Shown: in pieces, positions 58,315-64,000 of the stretch
Layout: each line of letters opens with the position of its first letter
Position numbering within the stretch: the stretch's first letter is position 1
Source of the DNA: an uncultured Flavobacteriales bacterium
GTDB lineage: Bacteria; Bacteroidota; Bacteroidia; Flavobacteriales_D; Crocinitomicaceae
DNA: 64,000 nt
Direction of reading: 5' to 3'
Assembly (NCBI GenBank): GCA_937876195.1
Contig: CALEIK010000016.1
Location: forward strand, 33,358 to 97,357
Notes under the pieces: model-generated
What the model saw: only the letters and a program-made list of their open reading frames with translations
The model's database searches: none
What the model was told of the DNA's origin: nothing
Translations under genes and position numbers: made by a program

Positions 58315-61300
58315 TTAGTGTAGAATAACCCGATAAAAGTATTCCGTGTGTTCAAGATTGAAGAAGTAGATCCCTCTCTCAAGTGTTTCAAGGTTAATTT
58401 CGGTTAACATACCATCTAGCATGACTGACATCACTCGCTTTCCAGCCGAATCATATACGGCAATTGTTTCATCATTGACATCACCGTTGATTTGAACGTA
58501 AATCTTACCTTTTGTAGGATTTGGGTAGACAGATATTAACTTGTTATTTCCGATTTCATCAATACCTACCTGTGAACCCACTTCAACAGTTAATGAGTCT
58601 ATACAGCCATTTGCATCTGTGACAACTACGGTATAAGTTCCTGAATGAAGATATGATAAGTCTTCTGTGGTCTCACCATTACTCCAGTTATACAGATATG
58701 GTGCTGTTCCCCCTGTCACTGTCAGGTCAATGGAACCTTCACCGTCAAACAATTCATCACCAACTACTGCTGACAACACTATTTCAGGGTTTTCGTTCAC
58801 TGTTCCATTGGCTACTGATAAACAACCATTAGCATCGGTAACGGATACGTTGTAGTTACCTGCTGGTATTCCCGAAAGATCTTCCGTGATCTGACCGCTA
58901 TTCCACAAATAATCGTATGGAGTGACTCCTCCCGAAACCGATATGTCAATAGAACCACTCAAATCTCCGTAGCAAAGCACATCAGTTACAAGGTCAACCG
59001 AAATAAAAGGTGCAGGATTAACAGTTACAGTTACTTGATCTGTGTTTGTACAGCCCGTCATTGTTCCAGTTACAGTATATGTAATTGTCGATGTTGGAGA
59101 CACCGTCTGCACTCCACCAGCACCTAAACCTTGATCCCATAAGTATGAAGTTGCACCCGTTGCATCAATCACTGTGGATTGTCCTTCACAAATAGTTGTC
59201 GTACCGCTTGCCACAACTGTTGGAAGAGGTGTTACTGTGACAATTACCTGATCTGTGTTTGTACAACCTGTTGTTGTTCCCGTAACAGTATAAATTGTAG
59301 TTGTCGTAGGTGAAACAACCTGAGTTGAGCCCGTTCCTAATCCTTGATCCCAAGAATATGATGTTGCGCCTGTAGCATCTATTGTTGTCGATTGACCCTC
59401 ACAGATAGTTGTAGTACCACTGGCTATCAATGCTGGAAGAGGTGTTACAGTTACAGTAACTTGATCTGTGTTAGAACAACCTGCTGTAATACCAGTTATT
59501 GTGTACGTTGTAGTTGTTGTAGGTGATACTGTTTGAAAAGCACCAGCACCTAATCCTTGATCCCATGAGTATGATGTTGCACCTGTTGCATCAATTATTG
59601 TGGATTGTCCTTCACAAATAGTTGCCGTACCGCTTGCTATCACTGTTGGAAGAGGTGTGATAGTCACAGTTACCTGATCTGTGTTTGTACAACCTGCCGT
59701 TGTTCCAGTAACAGTATAAGTTGTAGTAGTTGTTGGTGAAATAACTTGAGTTGCGCCAGCTCCCAATCCTTGATCCCACGTATATGACGTTGCTCCTGTA
59801 GCATCTATTGTTGTTGACTGTCCTTCACAGATAGTTGTCGTACCAGCGGCTACAACACTTGGTAAAGGTATTACGGTAATTGTTAACTGATCCGTACCAC
59901 TGCATCCCGTAGTTGTTCCAGTTACTGTATAAGTGGTGGTGGTGGTTGGAGACACTGTTTGATTTGATCCAGCGCCCAAGCCGTTATCCCAGCTATAAGA
60001 TGTAGCACCTGATGCACTTATGTTCACTGATTGACCTTCACAAATGGTAGCACCTCCTGTTGCAATAACTGGTAATGATGGATTAGATAAAGACTGAGCT
60101 AATGTATTAGATACACATCCATTACCGTCAGTATACGTTATTGTGTACGATCCAGCGGTTAAACCTGTTATAGTGTAAGGCAAAGAAACATTATTTGCAT
60201 TTCCAGATGAGGTACCACTCCATGCGACATCTCCTGTTCCAGACCCACCTATTTGAATAGAACCAGTAGCAGTACCACAGCTCATCGGCTCGTTCGAAAT
60301 CAGGGCGGAAATAATGGGAGCTACAATTTCTATAGTAGTTGTATCACTGCTGCCCGCACAATCATCCGCTACGTAGATAACCTCATGCATACCTGAGCCA
60401 GCTACGGTCGGATCAAAAGTTCCGAGCAATGTGTCTGTAATGCCACTACCAAACCATGTTCCTCCAGGTGTTGCAGCTATTAAGTTGGAAGCGCCATCAC
60501 TTGAACAAAATGGACCTGCAGGAGTTATTGTCGGGTCTAATGCATTTGGTTGAACGGTTACAATTGTTGATTCGGATGGTGAATCGCAACCCAGTACCGT
60601 AAAATACATATCATAGGTTCCATCATTTGTTGGTGTAGCTGAAGCGATTACCGGGTTTTGGATCGTTGAAGAAAATGCTCCTGGACCAGACCAGTTTTGA
60701 GTGCGCCAATCAGAAAGGATATAAACAGGTCCCACAGCAGTTGACCCACCGTTTTTTTTGACTGCATTATTGTTATTTCCACTTTCGTCGTTTACAGTTG
60801 TTCCGGAAGTGCCATTAAGCGGGAAATAGCCCATAAGGTTTGCGTATTGTGGATGGGTATTATCAACAGGACGATAAAGCCAATCAAGAATGTCTGTTTG
60901 AGTAAGTTTTACATCCCAGAAACGTATCTCGTCAATCTTGCCGCTAAAGAAATCCGAGTGATTGCCATCAAATTCCTGTCCGATTGAAATTTTATCGTTG
61001 AGTTCCACCCCTGTGGAGATGTTGTCAAAAATCATAGCGTCAATTAACAACCCATTTAAAAATAGTTCCACTTTTTTTGTTGCAATCTCAAAAGTAACGG
61101 TAAGGTGCCTCCATTGACCATCTGTTACTATAGGCGAGTTAACTGGTATTGTGGTTGTTGTACTGTCATACAGTACTAGTTTTCCTGTAGCACTTGAAAT
61201 TGCCACAATCAATCGATTCTTATTTATAGTTGACAGGTCATTAATTCCTAATATTGTTCCTGCGGATCCAGTTTGCGCTCCAGCATTGAACCAACATGAA

Positions 61301-64000
61301 AAGGTAAAATCAGAACCAGCAATATCATCCGTGAGCGCATCGATTTCCAACCAATCATTATTGCCATCAAAGGAGAGTGCATTTCCGGCAGCAGTTGAAT
61401 CATATAGTTCAATATCTAATCCTTCGCAAACAGGTGAATTGGAAGATACCACAGTCGGTTGGAAAACCAGTTCGGCTACCGCTAAGCTGTCAGAAGCTAC
61501 ACAACCCAAATCATTTGTAACGGAAACATGATATGTTACTATTCCTCCAGGTGTTACCATTTGATCAGCAAGCACCGAACTAAAAGCTGCTGGAACTGAG
61601 CTCCATGTGTAATTGCAAGGATCAGCGAATCCCGGAATATCACTCAGTACATAACCGTTGGTATTGACAATGGTTCCGTTATTGCCTGCGGGACTGTAAT
61701 CATATAATACATTGTTGTCCTTGTCATTGAAGGTATAATAAGCCACAAGGTTGGCGTAATCTGGATGTGTGTTATTAAGTTGCATGTTCATCCAGTTTGT
61801 AATTTCTGCCTGTCCAAGAAGTACATTCCATACACGAGCCTCTTCCATTTTTCCAGTAAAGAAGTCTGATGCAACAGGTCCTGGATCATATTCCTGACCT
61901 AGTGAAACCAGATCTGTTGCACTTACACCTGTTGCAGGCATTCCAGAAAGATTGACAAGCATTTCGGGGTTACCATCCACATAAGTCTGTGCTTGTTTAG
62001 TTGTATTGTTATAAGTTACGACTATATGATGCCACTGATCATCATTTACGGTTGTAGTGGATGCAGAATGAGTAGTTCCATCGAATAATTCAAGCAACCC
62101 GCTGGCCGAGTTTACCATAACTAAAAAGCGGTTATCACCAAAGGAGGTGTTTACTGCAAATAAATTTCCAGAACCAGAAGCAATATTACTTTTGATCCAT
62201 GTGGAGAAGGTAAAATCGGAATTGGTGATCTCAGATGCAACTGGATTAATATTGATATAGTCATCAGTAGCAAAGACCATTGTGTGGTTACATCCAGAAA
62301 ATAATTGCATGCTTCCTCCATCACAGACTAGGGTGTTTTCTGAAGTTGTCAGAGATATTTCAGGTAAGACATTAATGTAGGTAGTATCATCTCCAAAGCA
62401 TCCTCCACCTGAGGTAGTGTAAATTACTTCATGTTGACCAGCACCTGCAAGAGTTGGGTCAAAAGTACCATTTACCGGGTTTGTGATTCCTGTTCCTGTC
62501 CAGATTCCTCCTGGTATGTCTGCAGAGAGGTTAAATGCTGCTGAATTTTCACATGATGAAGAAATAGGTGTAATATTGGGTTCTGTGCCTACAGGATCCA
62601 TATCTACAACTGTATTGCTGCTTACCCCTGGACATCCCAGTAAACTTACCGTACAATTATAAGTGCCTTCTGCAAGCATTGAGGCTGTTGGAATGACAGG
62701 ATTAGAAAGAGAGGATGAAAAACTGTTGGGACCTGTCCATGAATGTACACGCCAATCTGCATTTATCCATTGTGGACCATTTGCAGTGGTAGTACCATTC
62801 TTCAAAGTTCCGTTATTTCCGTTTCCAGTAAGGTCATTGGCTGTTGTTCCAGACCCTTCGTTAAAATTGTAATATGCGTACATGTTGAGATATTGTCCCG
62901 CATCTAATTCTCGCCAGATCCAGTCTTGAATTTCCTGTTGGCTTCGTACAGAATTCCAAACCCGAACTTCGTCTATGGCCCCATCATGGAAATTACCAAG
63001 AGAACTGCCGCCATCATATTCTTGACCAATAGAAATCAAATCTGATGACGACAAGGTTAATCCAGCCATTATTACGGAAAATTGTTTTGCACCGTCCACA
63101 TAAACAGTCACTTCTTTTGAGGTGTTATTAAATGACATGGCCACATGATGCCAACTACCGTCATTCACCAGAATAGTAGATCTTTTTTGGTTCCAGACAA
63201 GGATCTTTCCTGTACTATTCTCTATGCCCAACAATAACTTATTATCTCCGGCGATGGAGTTCACCGAAAAAAGGTAATTTTCATTGCTTCCTGAAGTATT
63301 CATCCACATGGACACTGTAAAATCTGATCCTTCAAGGTCATCTGATAATGTATTGGCTTCAATCCAGTCGTTGTTACCGTCAAACTGAAGTGCCGATCCC
63401 CCACCATGTAAGTCATACAATTCTATCGCTGTATTTTCGCACACCACAGAATTGGATGAAAAATCAGTTCCTTGTATTTCGTTGACAACCGCAACTATAT
63501 CAGCCGTTCCTATACATCCGTTCCCATCTGTCACCGTAACAGTATAGGTAGTGGTCTGGTTAACAGATGTTGTTACTGAAGCCCCCGAATCTGTAAAACC
63601 TAATGGACTTGACACCCAGTCATACGTGCAAGATGGATTGAAAATAGCGTTATCTGAAATTGATACCCAGCTAGGACCATTAACTGTACTGATTGTTTGG
63701 TCATTTGTGGGAGATGCGTTATCTACAATACTACCTAATGCATATTGATTGAGCTTGTAATAACCTATAAGATTAGAATAGTCAGGGTGCGAACTTGTAA
63801 TTTCTTTATCTAGCCAATTCTGAATTTCAACAGCCGCCAGTTCTTTATCCCAAAACCTGATTTCATCCATGATACCTATATAGAGATCTGTTATAGAGGC
63901 TCCATCAAATTCTTGTCCTAAAGAGATTTGATCACTTGCCCCCTGAATACCACTAGCAGGCATTCCTGACAAGGTAAGAGTACTTTCTAGCGTTCCATCA
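58315..64000 (-). CDS. giant T9SS-secreted surface protein: four LamG/ConA-like domains alternating with Ig-like modules, five 71-aa Cys-pair Ig-like repeats, two SprB-type repeats and a T9SS C-terminal sorting domain. N-terminus lies outside the window.
   Basis: The frame stays open past the ORF-track TTG at 63972 to the window edge. LamG hallmarks (FDGNNDW...SDFT.S.W...IDE.R.W). SprB-like repeats (LCYGDLSGSIDISVSGGVTPYDYLWNSG..., LYNWSNGETTEDL). C-terminus SVYPNPTKGKIYVQ...GIYFFNL is a type-A T9SS sorting domain. Confidence 0.9.
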   Translation of the reverse strand, partial: DGTLESTLTLSGMPASGIQGASDQISLGQEFDGASITDLYIGIMDEIRFWDKELAAVEIQNWLDKEITSSHPDYSNLIGYYKLNQYALGSIVDNASPTNDQTISTVNGPSWVSISDNAIFNPSCTYDWVSSPLGFTDSGASVTTSVNQTTTYTVTVTDGNGCIGTADIVAVVNEIQGTDFSSNSVVCENTAIELYDLHGGGSALQFDGNNDWIEANTLSDDLEGSDFTVSMWMNTSGSNENYLFSVNSIAGDNKLLLGIENSTGKILVWNQKRSTILVNDGSWHHVAMSFNNTSKEVTVYVDGAKQFSVIMAGLTLSSSDLISIGQEYDGGSSLGNFHDGAIDEVRVWNSVRSQQEIQDWIWRELDAGQYLNMYAYYNFNEGSGTTANDLTGNGNNGTLKNGTTTANGPQWINADWRVHSWTGPNSFSSSLSNPVIPTASMLAEGTYNCTVSLLGCPGVSSNTVVDMDPVGTEPNITPISSSCENSAAFNLSADIPGGIWTGTGITNPVNGTFDPTLAGAGQHEVIYTTSGGGCFGDDTTYINVLPEISLTTSENTLVCDGGSMQLFSGCNHTMVFATDDYININPVASEITNSDFTFSTWIKSNIASGSGNLFAVNTSFGDNRFLVMVNSASGLLELFDGTTHSASTTTVNDDQWHHIVVTYNNTTKQAQTYVDGNPEMLVNLSGMPATGVSATDLVSLGQEYDPGPVASDFFTGKMEEARVWNVLLGQAEITNWMNMQLNNTHPDYANLVAYYTFNDKDNNVLYDYSPAGNNGTIVNTNGYVLSDIPGFADPCNYTWSSVPAAFSSVLADQMVTPGGIVTYHVSVTNDLGCVASDSLAVAELVFQPTVVSSNSPVCEGLDIELYDSTAAGNALSFDGNNDWLEIDALTDDIAGSDFTFSCWFNAGAQTGSAGTILGINDLSTINKNRLIVAISSATGKLVLYDSTTTTIPVNSPIVTDGQWRHLTVTFEIATKKVELFLNGLLIDAMIFDNISTGVELNDKISIGQEFDGNHSDFFSGKIDEIRFWDVKLTQTDILDWLYRPVDNTHPQYANLMGYFPLNGTSGTTVNDESGNNNNAVKKNGGSTAVGPVYILSDWRTQNWSGPGAFSSTIQNPVIASATPTNDGTYDMYFTVLGCDSPSESTIVTVQPNALDPTITPAGPFCSSDGASNLIAATPGGTWFGSGITDTLLGTFDPTVAGSGMHEVIYVADDCAGSSDTTTIEIVAPIISALISNEPMSCGTATGSIQIGGSGTGDVAWSGTSSGNANNVSLPYTITGLTAGSYTITYTDGNGCVSNTLAQSLSNPSLPVIATGGATICEGQSVNISASGATSYSWDNGLGAGSNQTVSPTTTTTYTVTGTTTGCSGTDQLTITVIPLPSVVAAGTTTICEGQSTTIDATGATSYTWDQGLGAGATQVISPTTTTTYTVTGTTAGCTNTDQVTVTITPLPTVIASGTATICEGQSTIIDATGATSYSWDQGLGAGAFQTVSPTTTTTYTITGITAGCSNTDQVTVTVTPLPALIASGTTTICEGQSTTIDATGATSYSWDQGLGTGSTQVVSPTTTTIYTVTGTTTGCTNTDQVIVTVTPLPTVVASGTTTICEGQSTVIDATGATSYLWDQGLGAGGVQTVSPTSTITYTVTGTMTGCTNTDQVTVTVNPAPFISVDLVTDVLCYGDLSGSIDISVSGGVTPYDYLWNSGQITEDLSGIPAGNYNVSVTDANGCLSVANGTVNENPEIVLSAVVGDELFDGEGSIDLTVTGGTAPYLYNWSNGETTEDLSYLHSGTYTVVVTDANGCIDSLTVEVGSQVGIDEIGNNKLISVYPNPTKGKIYVQINGDVNDETIAVYDSAGKRVMSVMLDGMLTEINLETLERGIYFFNLEHTEYFYRVILH
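59010..60075. repeat. five tandem 213-bp (71-aa) repeats inside the giant gene
   Basis: Landmark ggaagaggtgt-type boundaries recur at 59222, 59435, 59648 and 59861 (period 213). Protein consensus PLPTVVASGTTTICEGQSTTIDATGATSYSWDQGLGAG.TQ.VSPTTTTTYTVTGTTTGCTNTDQVTVTVT. Confidence 0.9.

Overview
This 64-kb window looks like chromosomal DNA from a low-GC Bacteroidota genome, probably Flavobacteriia-like. Supporting signs: a T9SS-type C-terminal sorting domain, a TonB-dependent receptor with an N-terminal CarboxypepD_reg-like domain, TAnnTTTG-type -7 boxes upstream of several genes, tight or overlapping gene junctions, and lipoprotein-rich small ORFs. I call about 60 protein genes and one tRNA-Pro(GGG). 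Most are housekeeping: ffh, lpxH, gatB, purine nucleoside phosphorylase, lpxK, radC, wecB, fabI, nhaA, sucD, cca, tsaC, trmD, lhgO, prfC, mazG, cmk, a DEAD-box helicase and phnA. I find no CRISPR array, cas genes, integrase, transposase, phage genes or recognisable defence genes, and no convincing complete novel multi-gene system. The unusual content is mostly non-coding. (1) Tandem 95-bp units sit downstream of tRNA-Pro; each re-encodes the last 11 nt of the tRNA plus CCA, and they differ from each other only by compensatory changes in one hairpin. (2) A dispersed family of TTAAGAC/TTAAGAG-word hairpin repeats occupies three intergenic loci. (3) A perfect 31-bp GC-rich inverted repeat lies between two convergent genes. 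(4) A 334-nt ORF-poor segment is bracketed by two minus-strand terminators. Coding items worth a second look are a translationally coupled VTC-domain/DUF4956 pair, a sigma-54 activator without a DNA-binding domain that heads a TPR/OmpA envelope operon, and a giant LamG/Ig-like/SprB T9SS surface protein (more than 1,890 aa, truncated by the window) containing five 213-bp tandem repeats. All functional calls rest on motifs I recognise in the supplied translations; no database search was possible.
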